Assembly (NCBI GenBank): GCA_035477215.1
Contig: DATIKU010000034.1
Location: 70,037-134,036, forward strand
Origin: Spirochaetota bacterium
GTDB taxonomy: Bacteria; Spirochaetota; UBA4802; UBA5368
Direction: 5' to 3'
Length of the DNA: 64,000 nucleotides
The notes under the pieces were generated by a model, which did no database searches, had not been told where the DNA came from, and saw nothing but the letters and a program-made list of their open reading frames with translations. Shown here in pieces: positions 1 through 9,815 of the stretch. Every line of letters starts with the position of its first letter. Position 1 is the first letter of the stretch. Made by a program: the position numbers and the translations under genes.

Positions 1-405
1 TACGAGTCGACGAAATTTCCATCACGGCTGTTGCAGCTCATCCGCCGATCGGGCGTGCGCGCCGGCCTTTCGATCAATCCGGCCACCCCGATCGAAGCGA
101 TCTTTGACCTCTGCTCCGAGTGCGACCTGGTTCTTATCATGTCTGTGGATCCGGGTTTTTACGGTCAACCATTTATGCCGGCCGCCCTCGACCGGATCAG
201 GCGCCTGCGCGAATTCCTCGACGGGCGCCCCGGTGGAGTCTCCACGCTCATCCAGGTGGACGGCGGCATATCAATGAACAACATCGCCCCGGTTGCGGCC
301 GCGGGCGCGGGCATAATCGTGGCCGGGAACGCCGTATTCGGCGCTGGCGATCCGAACCGAGCGGCGCTGGAGCTAAAAAGGGCGGCACAAAACAATAATT
401 TGTAG
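1..405 (+). CDS. rpe: ribulose-phosphate 3-epimerase, C-terminal part (5' end lies outside the window)
   Basis: Translation ...SVDPGFYGQPFMP...VDGGI...AGAGIIVAGNAVF matches the Rpe TIM-barrel C-terminus; the ORF runs to the window edge. Confidence 0.8.
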   Translation, partial: YESTKFPSRLLQLIRRSGVRAGLSINPATPIEAIFDLCSECDLVLIMSVDPGFYGQPFMPAALDRIRRLREFLDGRPGGVSTLIQVDGGISMNNIAPVAAAGAGIIVAGNAVFGAGDPNRAALELKRAAQNNNL

Positions 406-595
406 GACCGCGAGCGCCGGGAAAATCTTTCTCCGGGGGTCGGGACGTACCATCGATACAATTGCTTCAGCGCGTGATACCGCTCTTTTGGACCCGTTGA
501 ATGCGGGCGAAGAGCGGCCTTGCCTGTAAAGTGGCGGATTATTCCCGGTACGGTGTCAATTATTCATGCCGTGCGGGCGGTCCGGTCATTTTGTA

Positions 596-623
596 TTGAC
601 AAAAATCGGGCGGGGGAAATAAT
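596..623 (+). promoter_or_regulatory. candidate sigma70-type promoter for the rpsP operon (TTGACA-N16-AATAAT)
   Basis: TTGACA at about 596-601 and AATAAT at about 618-623, roughly 30 nt upstream of the GAGGAGG RBS and the GTG start of rpsP. Confidence 0.3.
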
Positions 624-653
624 CATCCCCTAATCTTCTGAGGAGGTAGCGGC

Positions 654-917
654 GTGTCGGTAAAGATTCGGTTGCAGAGAGTTGGGACCAAGAAAAAGCC
701 CTTTTACCGGGTGGTTGTGGTTGATGAGCGCAAGCGCAGGGATGGCGTGGCGATAGAAAATCTCGGGCAGTACCAGCCCATATCCGCCGGGAATCAGTTC
801 GCGGTCGACGAGACTCGGATTATCGACTGGCTCAGGAAAGGCGCCCAGCCGACCGCGACTATTGCGAGGCTCTTGAAGAAAACCGGAGTGTGGCGGAAAT
901 TCAAGAGCGTGGAGTAA
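654..917 (+). CDS. rpsP: 30S ribosomal protein S16
   Basis: MSVKIRLQRVGTKKKPFYRVVV... is the classic S16 N-terminus; GAGGAGG RBS 7 nt upstream; GTG start. Confidence 0.95.
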   Translation: MSVKIRLQRVGTKKKPFYRVVVVDERKRRDGVAIENLGQYQPISAGNQFAVDETRIIDWLRKGAQPTATIARLLKKTGVWRKFKSVE

Positions 918-932
918 ACCCTGGAGGCCGGA

Positions 933-1169
933 ATGAACTATAAGGACCTGGTGGAATACATGGTGAAGTCCCTGGTGGACCACCCCGACGAGGTACAGAT
1001 CCGGGAAGTAGAAGGGGAGAAATCCACCATCCTTGAGCTCAAGGTCACCAAAGAGGATATCGGAAAGGTCATCGGAAAACACGGCCGCATTGCGAGGGCC
1101 ATACGGACAATCATCAACGCTTCGGCCACCAAATCAGGGAAGAGGGTAGTGCTGGAAATACTTGATTGA
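933..1169 (+). CDS. KH-domain RNA-binding protein (YlqC/UPF0109 family)
   Basis: 78 aa with a [19 protein letters not shown] motif; conserved position between rpsP and rimM. Confidence 0.85.
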   Translation: MNYKDLVEYMVKSLVDHPDEVQIREVEGEKSTILELKVTKEDIGKVIGKHGRIARAIRTIINASATKSGKRVVLEILD

Positions 1170-1690
1170 GCGATTCCCATATCAGAATAGCGAAGATCGC
1201 GGGCGCTCACGGGCTTAAGGGGCGTCTTAAAGTTGTTCTTATATCCGACATCGCCGAGCGTTTTTCCCCGGGAAACCAGGTATATATTCAAAAGGAATCG
1301 CTTTACGCGGCGTACATCATAAGGGAATTCCAGTCTGTTGGCGGCAAAACGGCGCTGCTTTTCCTGGAGGGCATTGAAGACAGGGACGCGGCGCTCGCCA
1401 TGCGGGGATCGGAGGTGTTCATCACCCGCGAAGAGGCGGAACGAACGAGGAATTTGCTGGACGGCGATTCCTTCTATTATTATGATATTATCGGGTGCGA
1501 GGTGTACAGAGACGGGCGGCCTTTCGGCCGGGTGACGAACATCATCCCCGGCGGCGCGGGAGAGCTGCTCGTTATTCTTGATTCCGACGGTCTCGAGCAT
1601 CTTGTTCCGTTTGTCAGCGCGATGGTCGATACGAAGGAAATCAAATCGGGAAGAATTGATATCGATCCCGCAAAGGGGCTTCTTGATTGA
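1166..1690 (+). CDS. rimM: 16S rRNA processing protein RimM
   Basis: [16 protein letters not shown]... PRC-barrel RimM signature; overlaps the KH gene stop; conserved synteny. Confidence 0.9.
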   Translation: MSDSHIRIAKIAGAHGLKGRLKVVLISDIAERFSPGNQVYIQKESLYAAYIIREFQSVGGKTALLFLEGIEDRDAALAMRGSEVFITREEAERTRNLLDGDSFYYYDIIGCEVYRDGRPFGRVTNIIPGGAGELLVILDSDGLEHLVPFVSAMVDTKEIKSGRIDIDPAKGLLD

Positions 1691-2448
1691 AGCGATGGCG
1701 GGAGGCCTCGAAACAATATGAGGATGATGGCCGGTCGTCATTGGCAGCGGTAAAAATCATAACCCTTTTCCCGGAGTTTTTCAACAGCCCTCTTTCGACG
1801 GGGCTTCTGGGCAGGGCGATACAGGCGGGGCTTTTACGTGTGAACGTGGTAGACCTGCGTGATTTCGCCGAAAACCGTTATCGCCAGTGCGATGATTACC
1901 CCTACGGTGGAGGAAGCGGGATGGTGTTGATGCCGGGTCCGCTCTTCCGGGCCATCTCTTCCGTCAGGGAAGAGGGCACCAGGGTGCTTCTCACCAGCGC
2001 CTCGGGGACGCTGCTCACGCAGGAACTGGTAAAGCGGCTCGCCGGCGAAAGGGATCTCTGCATCGTCTGCGGGCACTACGAGGGGGTCGACCAGAGAGTG
2101 GTCGAACGGTTCGTGGATTACGAGCTCTCGGTCGGCGATTATGTGCTATCGGGCGGAGAGTTCGCGGCCCTTGCGATCGTGGGCGCGGTCGCGCGTTACG
2201 TACCGGGCTTCATGTCGAACAGCGAGTCGCTCGTGGAGGAAAGCTTCGAAGGTGGTCTGCTTGAGTATCCGCAGTACACGCGGCCGGTGGAGATTGATGG
2301 ACTCGCGGCACCGGAGGTGCTGTTGAGCGGTGACCACGCCAGGATCAGGCGCTGGCGTCATGAACAGCGTATTGAGAAAACCAGAAGGGTGCGCCCCGAT
2401 CTGTATCAACGATATTGTGAAAGCAAGGATAAAGGAGAAGAGCGATGA
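1687..2448 (+). CDS. trmD: tRNA (guanine37-N1)-methyltransferase TrmD
   Basis: ITLFPEFF...[12 protein letters not shown] motifs; TTG start overlapping the rimM TGA (alternative TTG at 1741). Confidence 0.9.
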   Translation: MKRWREASKQYEDDGRSSLAAVKIITLFPEFFNSPLSTGLLGRAIQAGLLRVNVVDLRDFAENRYRQCDDYPYGGGSGMVLMPGPLFRAISSVREEGTRVLLTSASGTLLTQELVKRLAGERDLCIVCGHYEGVDQRVVERFVDYELSVGDYVLSGGEFAALAIVGAVARYVPGFMSNSESLVEESFEGGLLEYPQYTRPVEIDGLAAPEVLLSGDHARIRRWRHEQRIEKTRRVRPDLYQRYCESKDKGEER

Positions 2449-2876
2449 ATATACTGGAAACCATCCAAAAGGAAATCATGCCGCCTGAGCGTCCCCTGAA
2501 TTTTGAGGTCGGGGACACCGTCAAAGTACATTACAAGATCGTGGAAGGCAACCGCGAGCGTATACAGGTGTTCGAAGGGGTCGTAATCGCCATTAATAAC
2601 AAGGGCGTCGGCAAGAGCTTTACCGTGCGCCGCATCTCCTACGACGTCGGCGTCGAGAGGGTCTTTCCGCTCTATTCGGCCCGTATCGCCAAAATCGAAT
2701 CCATCCGCAAGGGCAAGACCCGGCGCGCCAAGCTGTATTTCCTGCGTGAGCGGACCGGGAAATCGGCCAAACTCAAGGAAAAGCGCGTCGCCCGCGGCAA
2801 GGCCAGAGCGCCCTTCGTGGAAGTGCCGGCCACTACCGAGGTGGCGCCTGAAGCCCGGGAACCCGAAAACGACTGA
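2445..2876 (+). CDS. rplS: 50S ribosomal protein L19 (with a basic C-terminal extension)
   Basis: [10 protein letters not shown]...[28 protein letters not shown] is L19; ATGA overlap with trmD. Confidence 0.95.
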   Translation: MNILETIQKEIMPPERPLNFEVGDTVKVHYKIVEGNRERIQVFEGVVIAINNKGVGKSFTVRRISYDVGVERVFPLYSARIAKIESIRKGKTRRAKLYFLRERTGKSAKLKEKRVARGKARAPFVEVPATTEVAPEAREPEND

Positions 2877-2907
2877 TCCGTCCAGCGGGTCATTCCCGAC
2901 TCTCGGA

Positions 2908-3567
2908 ATGCCGTCTTTCGGCATCGAGCGGGAATTGTTCGAGCAGGGTTATCGGCGCATAGCCGGTGTCGATGAGGTCGGCCGGGGCGCTCTTGCGGGG
3001 CCCCTCTGTGTGGGTCTGGTGATGTACTCTCCAGAGGTGCTCGCGGGCCCGCCGGCCGCACTCCTTTCGTCCGTCAACGACTCCAAGAAACTGACGCATC
3101 CTGCCCGCCTGCGCGCCTGTGGACACATCAGCCGAAGCGCCATGTGCGTCCGCACCGCGATGGCCTCCCATAGGACAATCGACCGGCTTAACGTTAACGG
3201 CGCCACCGAGTACCTCCTGAGTAAAATCATAACCGAACTGGCCGAGCCGCCGGACGTTGTCATCATGGACGGCCGTTTCTCCTTTTCTCCCGGCGTGCGC
3301 TTTGTCGCGGTAAAGGGGGGGGATTCGCGTTCCATCAGCATCGCCTCCGCGTCGATCGCGGCCAAAATACACAGGGATGGCATACTCGAAAAATTTGATT
3401 TGCTATTTCCCGGCTACGGTTTTAAAAAAAATAAAGGCTATGGGACGCTCGAGCACAGGGAATCCATCGGGCGTATCGGTCCATCGCCGGTGCACCGCCG
3501 AAGTTTCGCTCCTCTGCGCGACATGGCGTGCCGGGAGGATCTTTTCGCATGCCATGAAGATCGATAA
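2908..3567 (+). CDS. rnhB: ribonuclease HII
   Basis: GVDEVGRGALAGPL active-site motif; start refined to the ATG at 2908 (the track ORF extends upstream into rplS in the same frame). Confidence 0.9.
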   Translation: MPSFGIERELFEQGYRRIAGVDEVGRGALAGPLCVGLVMYSPEVLAGPPAALLSSVNDSKKLTHPARLRACGHISRSAMCVRTAMASHRTIDRLNVNGATEYLLSKIITELAEPPDVVIMDGRFSFSPGVRFVAVKGGDSRSISIASASIAAKIHRDGILEKFDLLFPGYGFKKNKGYGTLEHRESIGRIGPSPVHRRSFAPLRDMACREDLFACHEDR

Positions 3568-4636
3568 CGCCGCCACCATTACCGTAACGGGGAAGGGGAG
3601 CCTGGTGGAGGCTTTCCGGGGCCTTAGAAAGGGCGGAGAAATCGGCGCCAGGATAGTTGATCGTATCGACACTCATCGGGCGGTCATCGAAGTGGCGGGC
3701 CGGCGCATTACCGCCGGCTTTGTGCAGGGGCTTCCTCCGGGTAATCTTCTGACGCTGGTGCTTGAAAAGAGGAGTGGGACGACGCTGGTGTTCAGGCTCG
3801 CGACGGCCGATCCGCAGGCCGCCGGCCGGGAACGCCTGCTTGGCTATACCGCTTTTGGCCGGGCCGATAATGCAGGAATTCCCTTCGCGCGCGCATCGTC
3901 GGACGGGATTTCGGGCGTATATGCGTATAACAGCCTGCTTTTCAGGCTGGCCGGTGGAGTCGAGAAAAAGGGAACGTTGGTGAACGTGTTGAACGCGCTT
4001 GCCGCCAGGGGCATAAAAAAAGAGCAATTGCTGTTTTTTTCTTTCCTTTTTTCTGATTTTGAAGGTATTAATCTAAACTGCCTTGTTTCTGTCCTGGCAA
4101 TTTCTGACAGGGAGGGGCGGCGGCGGCACAACCAATCTTTGAAAAGCTTTGCCGAATACACGCGTTCCGGGGAGGGGTTGGACGGCATTCTCAACACGCT
4201 GGATGAGCTCGCCGGGGAGGATTCCGGCGGGGGTGAGTTGTTGCGGCAACTGCTCCTGGCCCTTCGCGATGGGGGGGAGGCGGCGGATATTCGGGCCAAA
4301 AACGGCGTATTTTACTATTTCGACGACGGTTTTAAAGAGGCCCATTACATAGGTAGCACGGACGCCATTGTGGCCCTGGTGGATTTTTCGAAGATAGGAC
4401 GCGTGGAGGTGCTTGCGAAAGACCGTGACGGCCGAATAAACATCGACGTTTACTGCGAAAATGAGGCCCTTCGCGCCGAATTGGGCGCCGAAGCGGAGCG
4501 CCTCACCGGCACGATAGGTGAAGCACTCGGTCGTGGCTGTTCGCTTTCCGTCAGCGTAAGCGCCCAGGCCGTTTTAAACATTCGTTCGCTCGGAGCGCTC
4601 CTTTCCCAGGGTGGCGAGTTCGATGCGCGGGCGTAA
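3554..4636 (+). CDS. hypothetical protein, YlqG-like (possible FliK-like hook-length-domain protein)
   Basis: 361 aa from the ATG at 3554, overlapping the rnhB stop by 14 nt; same position as B. subtilis ylqG after rnhB; no confident motif. Confidence 0.5.
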   Translation: MKIDNAATITVTGKGSLVEAFRGLRKGGEIGARIVDRIDTHRAVIEVAGRRITAGFVQGLPPGNLLTLVLEKRSGTTLVFRLATADPQAAGRERLLGYTAFGRADNAGIPFARASSDGISGVYAYNSLLFRLAGGVEKKGTLVNVLNALAARGIKKEQLLFFSFLFSDFEGINLNCLVSVLAISDREGRRRHNQSLKSFAEYTRSGEGLDGILNTLDELAGEDSGGGELLRQLLLALRDGGEAADIRAKNGVFYYFDDGFKEAHYIGSTDAIVALVDFSKIGRVEVLAKDRDGRINIDVYCENEALRAELGAEAERLTGTIGEALGRGCSLSVSVSAQAVLNIRSLGALLSQGGEFDARA

Positions 4637-4910
4637 AGGGGCCGAAAAACTGAGTATCGCCCTTGCATACTCTCCGGCGGACGAGGCCCCGCGCGTTCTG
4701 GCGAGCGCGAGGGGATACCTGGCCGAGCGGCTGGAGAGAATGGCGCGGGATCACGGCGTCGAAGTATACGCCGACGCGGATCTCGCCGGTACGCTTTCGG
4801 CTTTGGACACGGGCAGCCTCGTGCCGCCTGATCTCTACAGGGCTGTTGCGGAAGTGCTGGCGTATTGTTACAGGATTAATGAGCGCTTGAAAGAGAAACT
4901 TGCGGAATAA
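4611..4910 (+). CDS. FlhB C-terminal-domain-like small protein (YlqH/EscU family paralog)
   Basis: 99 aa; EKLSIALAYSP...GVEVYADADLA...LYRAVAEVLAY resembles the FlhB_C autocleavage-domain family; overlaps the upstream ORF by 26 nt. Confidence 0.65.
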   Translation: MASSMRGRKGAEKLSIALAYSPADEAPRVLASARGYLAERLERMARDHGVEVYADADLAGTLSALDTGSLVPPDLYRAVAEVLAYCYRINERLKEKLAE

Positions 4911-4922
4911 GGGAATTAGGGA

Positions 4923-6113
4923 ATGGCGGGAACCATGAAGAAAATCCCGGTTGAGGAACTCAAGCCGGGCATGCGGTTTGACAAACCGGTCTATATCGAC
5001 AGCAATAACATGCTCGTAGGCGCGAACGTCACCATCAAGGAGGGCGATATCAAACGGCTGATGAAGTGGGGCATCAGCGAGATTGAAACGCTCGGCAACA
5101 TCTCCTCAAGCGAAGACGACATGCGTTTTGCCCAGAAAATTGACGCGTCGATTTCCGCCGACGCCAAAAAAATAGTCGACCAGTACAGCCTTCTGCTGCT
5201 CAAACGGAAGGAATTTATGGATGTCCATCGCGAGGCCTGCCGGGTGGTGGGTGACGTCTACACCGCGATCAAGAACGACGAAATGTTTACCACCGATTCC
5301 ATCGAGGGCGCGGCAAGGAACATTTTAAGGCTCATGGAAGATGACAATAATATCGTCCTGTTCCTCTATGGGCTGGAGGAGGGCAAAAACTACCTGGTGG
5401 CGCACTCGGTCAACGTCACCTTCTACGCACTTCTCGTCGGTACGGCGCTCAAGTACACTCAGGAAAAGATTCGGGAGCTCGCCCTGGGCACGCTCCTTAT
5501 CGACGCGGGCATGGTGAAGATGCCGGCCTATATCGCGTACAAGCAGTCGAACCTCAGCGACCACGAGTTCAACCTCATCAAGACGCACCCGCTGCATGGA
5601 TACCGGCTCATCAAACAGCTCGGCAAAGTTCGTGAAAAGAGCGCGCTTGTGTGCCTGCAGCATCACGAGTACTTCGACGGCAAGGGATATCCCCGCGGCC
5701 TCAAGGGAAACCAGATTGACGAATACGCGCGGATAGCCGCAATCGCCGATTCGTACGAGGCGCAGATCTCGAGCCGGAGCTACAGGGAGAAACAGTCGTT
5801 TTATCACGCCATGAAAAACCTCCTTTCGAGCGGGGTTAACAGGTTCGACCCGGTGATACTCCGTGTCTTCCTTTCCAAAATGTCGGTTTACCCGATCGGC
5901 TCGCTGGTTGAGCTCAGTGACGGCGGCGTGGGTCTGGTAATCGGCTCGGTGCCGAGGAAGCCGTTGCGCCCCATCATCAAGCTGATATTCGACAGTGAGA
6001 AAAACAGGCTTTCCGATCTCATCATCATCAATCTGCTCGATGAAACGGCGCTTTTCGTAAACCGCGTGCTCGACGAAAAGGAAGCCGGCGTAAGTCTCCT
6101 CGACGTTCTTTGA
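4923..6113 (+). CDS. HD-GYP domain phosphohydrolase (c-di-GMP phosphodiesterase family)
   Basis: THPLHGY...LQHHEYFDGKGYPRGL is the HD-GYP signature. Confidence 0.8.
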   Translation: MAGTMKKIPVEELKPGMRFDKPVYIDSNNMLVGANVTIKEGDIKRLMKWGISEIETLGNISSSEDDMRFAQKIDASISADAKKIVDQYSLLLLKRKEFMDVHREACRVVGDVYTAIKNDEMFTTDSIEGAARNILRLMEDDNNIVLFLYGLEEGKNYLVAHSVNVTFYALLVGTALKYTQEKIRELALGTLLIDAGMVKMPAYIAYKQSNLSDHEFNLIKTHPLHGYRLIKQLGKVREKSALVCLQHHEYFDGKGYPRGLKGNQIDEYARIAAIADSYEAQISSRSYREKQSFYHAMKNLLSSGVNRFDPVILRVFLSKMSVYPIGSLVELSDGGVGLVIGSVPRKPLRPIIKLIFDSEKNRLSDLIIINLLDETALFVNRVLDEKEAGVSLLDVL

Positions 6114-6484
6114 TCCGGCTGGTGGAAGACCGAAACTTACGACAGATAGGGTCCGGAGGCGAAGACCTTGCGGCCTCTTTCCTCGAAGCACGCGGTTTTG
6201 ATATCCTCGAGCGCAATTATCGCTTCGGTAAAGCGGGCGAAGTCGACCTCATCGCCCGAAGAGGCGACCTGGTGGTCTTCGTGGAGGTTAAAAGCCGAAA
6301 CACCTCAGTCTACGGAGGGCCTCTCTACGCCATAAACGAGCGGAAAAAACGTACGCTCAGGCTCGTCGCCTCGCACTATCTTGCCGCACGATCCGCCCTG
6401 GACGCCAGAACCATCACTTTCAGATTCGACATGATCGCCGTTTGCGGGGGCGCAATCGAATGGATCGAGGATATTCTGCGCTGA
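6110..6484 (+). CDS. yraN: YraN-family endonuclease (UPF0102)
   Basis: GEDLAASFLEARGFDILERNYR...GEVDLIAR...VFVEVKSR matches UPF0102. Confidence 0.85.
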   Translation: MIRLVEDRNLRQIGSGGEDLAASFLEARGFDILERNYRFGKAGEVDLIARRGDLVVFVEVKSRNTSVYGGPLYAINERKKRTLRLVASHYLAARSALDARTITFRFDMIAVCGGAIEWIEDILR

Positions 6485-6545
6485 TCACCCCCCTCCCGCA
6501 CTAAAAAACGCTCATGATTTACCTTCCGCGTTCCGATACGTATAG

Positions 6546-6770
6546 ATGAGGTCCAGAGACCAGCTCATGGAGGAGCGGGCGACCTTAACGCAAGGAGTGC
6601 ACCATATGAAGACTCTCATGAACAAGGATGATCGTGAGAAAAAGCCGGGATCCCTCCGCGGCGATCCAAAAAAGATAGAAGAATATCGAAAACGTATTTC
6701 CGATGAGACGTATCTGGAACACGCCATAAACAGGATAGCGACCGATCTGTCTCATTATCTCACGAAATGA
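6546..6770 (+). CDS. small hypothetical protein, weakly FlgM-like (real start may be the ATG at 6606)
   Basis: C-terminus ...YRKRISDETYLEHAINRIATDL loosely resembles the FlgM anti-sigma-28 C-terminal helix; no RBS verified. Confidence 0.25.
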   Translation: MRSRDQLMEERATLTQGVHHMKTLMNKDDREKKPGSLRGDPKKIEEYRKRISDETYLEHAINRIATDLSHYLTK

Positions 6771-6815
6771 TTAAAGTCCGTATCTGCGCGAAGAAACCGG
6801 GGACGGCGCGTTGTC

Positions 6816-7979
6816 ATGATTGAAAAGACCGATTCCTACATGAACCTGCAGCAGAACAAGAAGCTTAAGTACCTCTTTCTGGCTTTGTTCTCGCTGCTGC
6901 TCTTTTCCATGGCATACATCTTCCAGTATTATTTCTGGCCGCTTCTTTTTGCACTGGTCATTTACATCGTCCTGTCGCCGATGCACGATTTCATTGGCAG
7001 GTTTGTAAAGAGGAAGTCGCTGTCGGCGTCGATCATGATGCTGCTTCTCATCCTCGGCTTTCTCGTGCCGCTTTTTTTCCTGCTCCTGAGTCTGGCCGAT
7101 CAGAGCTACGATTTGTACCAGTTCGTCGAGAAAAAATTCAAGCCAGCGATGATGGATGAGTTCTTTTACCGCAGCAATTTTATCGTGGAGCTTGCGAACA
7201 GCCTGCGGATTTCCCGCGGAGATCTGATCAAGAAAACGACTGAGGTGATGCAGGGTGCGGCGTTTTCGTTGTTCCGGAACCTCACGGACCTTCTAACCTT
7301 TTCGATCAAGTTTTCGATCAACTTATTCTTCATGCTGCTCATTCTCTTCTTCCTTTTCATAGAGGGCGGCAAGTTCAAGGAGACGATCTACCGGGCGAGT
7401 CCTTTTCCCAAGGACATCGAGAACGATATAGCCAACCGGCTCAAGGAAGTCATAAAGGTCCTCATCGCCGGAAATTTATTGATCATGCTGCTTCAGGGGG
7501 GCATGGTGGGGCTGGGCTTCTTTATCGCCGGACTCGACGGGCCGCTTCTTTGGGGAAGCGTTGCCGCCGTTTTCTCGCTCGTCCCGGTAATCGGGACGTC
7601 GATTACATGGATACCGGCGGCGTTTTATCTGTTTGCGGTCGACCGCGTCGGCTGGGCGATCTTTTTGCTCGCCTGGGCAATTTTCTGGAACCTTCTTCTT
7701 GAAGACCTTTTAAAGCCGAAGGTCTTCGGCGAGCGGCTGAATTTTCATCCCCTTATTTTCTTCTTGCTGCTCCTGGGCAGCCTTCAGGCTTTCGGCCTGT
7801 CGGGGGTCATTGTGGGGCCCATACTCCTGACGCTTTTCTACTCGTTCCTGGAGATTTACCGGGTGCTCGATGAGTACGATACAAGGCAGGCGGCCCGGGA
7901 CCGTGACGGTCAGGCTGCGGACGTTTCGAGTAAAGGCCCTAGTGCCGGTCGCCGGGATCGAGGGAGCCGTCGTAAATAG
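6816..7979 (+). CDS. AI-2E family transporter (PerM/UPF0118)
   Basis: Polytopic membrane protein with ...LVPVIGTSITWIPAAFYLF... typical of AI-2E/UPF0118. Confidence 0.85.
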   Translation: MIEKTDSYMNLQQNKKLKYLFLALFSLLLFSMAYIFQYYFWPLLFALVIYIVLSPMHDFIGRFVKRKSLSASIMMLLLILGFLVPLFFLLLSLADQSYDLYQFVEKKFKPAMMDEFFYRSNFIVELANSLRISRGDLIKKTTEVMQGAAFSLFRNLTDLLTFSIKFSINLFFMLLILFFLFIEGGKFKETIYRASPFPKDIENDIANRLKEVIKVLIAGNLLIMLLQGGMVGLGFFIAGLDGPLLWGSVAAVFSLVPVIGTSITWIPAAFYLFAVDRVGWAIFLLAWAIFWNLLLEDLLKPKVFGERLNFHPLIFFLLLLGSLQAFGLSGVIVGPILLTLFYSFLEIYRVLDEYDTRQAARDRDGQAADVSSKGPSAGRRDRGSRRK

Positions 7980-8880
7980 TGAAGCGGTTTTTTCCATTCC
8001 CCTTGCTGCAATAGAGCGCGCGGTCCGCCTTCTTGATAAGGTCTATTCTGTCCATGGCATGGTCGGGGAACGAGGCGATTCCGATCGAAAGGGTGATGTT
8101 CTGTGCGACCGGGGGGTAGTTGTTGGATGAGACGGCGTCCAGTATGCGCTCGGCGACGCGCGTGGATTTTTCTACACCGGTCTCCGGAAGGATGATTCCG
8201 AATTCCTCGCCCCCGTAACGGGAGACGGTATCATGACTGCGGCAGGCCTTTATGATGTTCGATGATATCTTCTTGAGGACCATATCCCCCGTCTGGTGCC
8301 CGTAATTGTCGTTGACCGCCTTGAAGCCGTCTATGTCCGCCATCATAATCGTAAGGCTTTCCTTCTTGCGCTGGGAATACAGCATCCCTCGCTCGAGACT
8401 GTCCTGGAAATACTTGTGATTGAACATGCCGGTGAGCGCGTCGGTGAGGGACATGCGGAAGTAGATGTCCCGCTCGCGGGCGGCCTTGATGAGCTCTTTG
8501 CGCTCGAGCGTTTTTTGTATGATTATGTCAAGATGCTCGAAGTTGATAGGTTTACTGATGTAATCGATGGCGCCCGCCCTCATGAACGACACCGCCGACT
8601 CGATGGAACCGAAGCCGGTAATCACGATGATGTCGATGTCGGCGTTGATGGATTTGATCTTCTCGAGCACCGCCATCCCGTCCATGCCCGGCAGGTGAAT
8701 GTCCGTTATGACGATGTCGTACTCGCGGCTTCCGATCAGGAGGATGCCATCCTCTCCGCTGTCGGCCGTATCGACGGTGTGGCCGGAACGGTCCAGGAAT
8801 TTCTTTACGACCCTGGTTACGCCGCTGTCGTCGTCGATAAGGATGATGCGTCCCTTGCCGCTACCTTCCGGCCTGAACAT
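7939..8880 (-). CDS. response regulator with receiver plus GGDEF diguanylate cyclase domain (PleD-like)
   Basis: N-terminal REC (ILIDDD...DIHLPGMDG); C-terminal GGEEF motif (RYGGEEFGIIL) with a predicted I-site. Confidence 0.9.
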   Translation of the reverse strand: MFRPEGSGKGRIILIDDDSGVTRVVKKFLDRSGHTVDTADSGEDGILLIGSREYDIVITDIHLPGMDGMAVLEKIKSINADIDIIVITGFGSIESAVSFMRAGAIDYISKPINFEHLDIIIQKTLERKELIKAARERDIYFRMSLTDALTGMFNHKYFQDSLERGMLYSQRKKESLTIMMADIDGFKAVNDNYGHQTGDMVLKKISSNIIKACRSHDTVSRYGGEEFGIILPETGVEKSTRVAERILDAVSSNNYPPVAQNITLSIGIASFPDHAMDRIDLIKKADRALYCSKGNGKNRFTIYDGSLDPGDRH

Positions 8881-9652
8881 TGGCTTGTTCCTTTTTCATT
8901 ATGAACAGGTAATTAAAACCCCGAAGGAAGAAGTTGCCTTCCTCGGCCGCCCCGTGATAATTCCCCATCTTGAGGGTCTTGTTGTGCCGCGTTACGGCGA
9001 TTATATCGACCGGGGTGAAGCGTTGCGAGAGAATGCCAAACAGGTCGAAGCCGATGGGGATAAAGCCCTTTTTCCGGTGATAGTAGTCACAGACGTAGAG
9101 GGCCATGTAGCGGTCGCTTTTCAGTACGCGGTCGATCTCGCCGATCACGCCGCCCATCGCGGTTAAGTAACCCGGGTCGGCCGCGTTGATCCTGCCTATG
9201 CAGTCCTTCGCGTCGGAGTATTCAATGTTGTCGCCGTACGGCGGATCGACGAAGACGAAATCGGCCTTTTGGTTCTCAAGGGGGAGCTTCCTGGCGTCGG
9301 CCCGGTATACATCGCTTCTGACAGGGTGTATGTCGTAACCGAGGACGCGGCGGCCCGTGTCCCTGCACACGTCGATCGTCGTTCCGCTGCCGCACATGGG
9401 GTCCACCACGAGCTGCCCTTCTTTTGTATAGCGCGCGAGAACATTCCAGATGATGTAGGATGGGGTGGCGCCCGGGTAGTTCTGGTCACCCTGCTTTCCC
9501 CTGCCGTAATTCTGGGAGGGGTAATTCCAGAGTGTGGTTGTTTGAATGCGCAGCGAAGGTTTGTTCATCTCGTTTTCTGGCACGTTAAGGAGTCGTTTCA
9601 AGGGAGGAGGCATTTCCCAGTTCCTCCGGAGGAGCGTATCGCCCGTCACCAT
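8861..9652 (-). CDS. SAM-dependent methyltransferase with DPMCGSGTT (motif I) and DPPYG (motif IV): UPF0020/Trm11-like RNA m2G type or N6/N4 DNA methyltransferase
   Basis: VVDPMCGSGTT...DFVFVDPPYGDN; motif I precedes motif IV by about 50 aa; no THUMP domain; stop lies inside the start of the downstream GGDEF gene. Confidence 0.6.
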   Translation of the reverse strand: MVTGDTLLRRNWEMPPPLKRLLNVPENEMNKPSLRIQTTTLWNYPSQNYGRGKQGDQNYPGATPSYIIWNVLARYTKEGQLVVDPMCGSGTTIDVCRDTGRRVLGYDIHPVRSDVYRADARKLPLENQKADFVFVDPPYGDNIEYSDAKDCIGRINAADPGYLTAMGGVIGEIDRVLKSDRYMALYVCDYYHRKKGFIPIGFDLFGILSQRFTPVDIIAVTRHNKTLKMGNYHGAAEEGNFFLRGFNYLFIMKKEQANVQAGR

Positions 9653-9815
9653 GATTTGTAAAGGAGTTTTTTTGATTTAATATAATCATTGACATATATG
9701 GTCGTGGGAATAAAGAAAACTGTTTCGAGTTTTCGCTCCTGCGGCTGTTTCCATGGAACAAGACCACCAGAATTTATACAAGTTATCACCGGTCGATAAA
9801 AATAAAGGCGGGAGG

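Noticed and set aside
938-1741. Long antisense or alternate-frame ORFs (e.g. 938-1741 minus, 10891-11601 plus, 19635-20651 minus, 58971-60743 minus, 60828-63026 minus) with Arg/Pro/Ser-rich translations
   Set aside because: Typical GC-rich frame artefacts overlapping well-supported genes on the other strand or frame; no RBS and no motifs.
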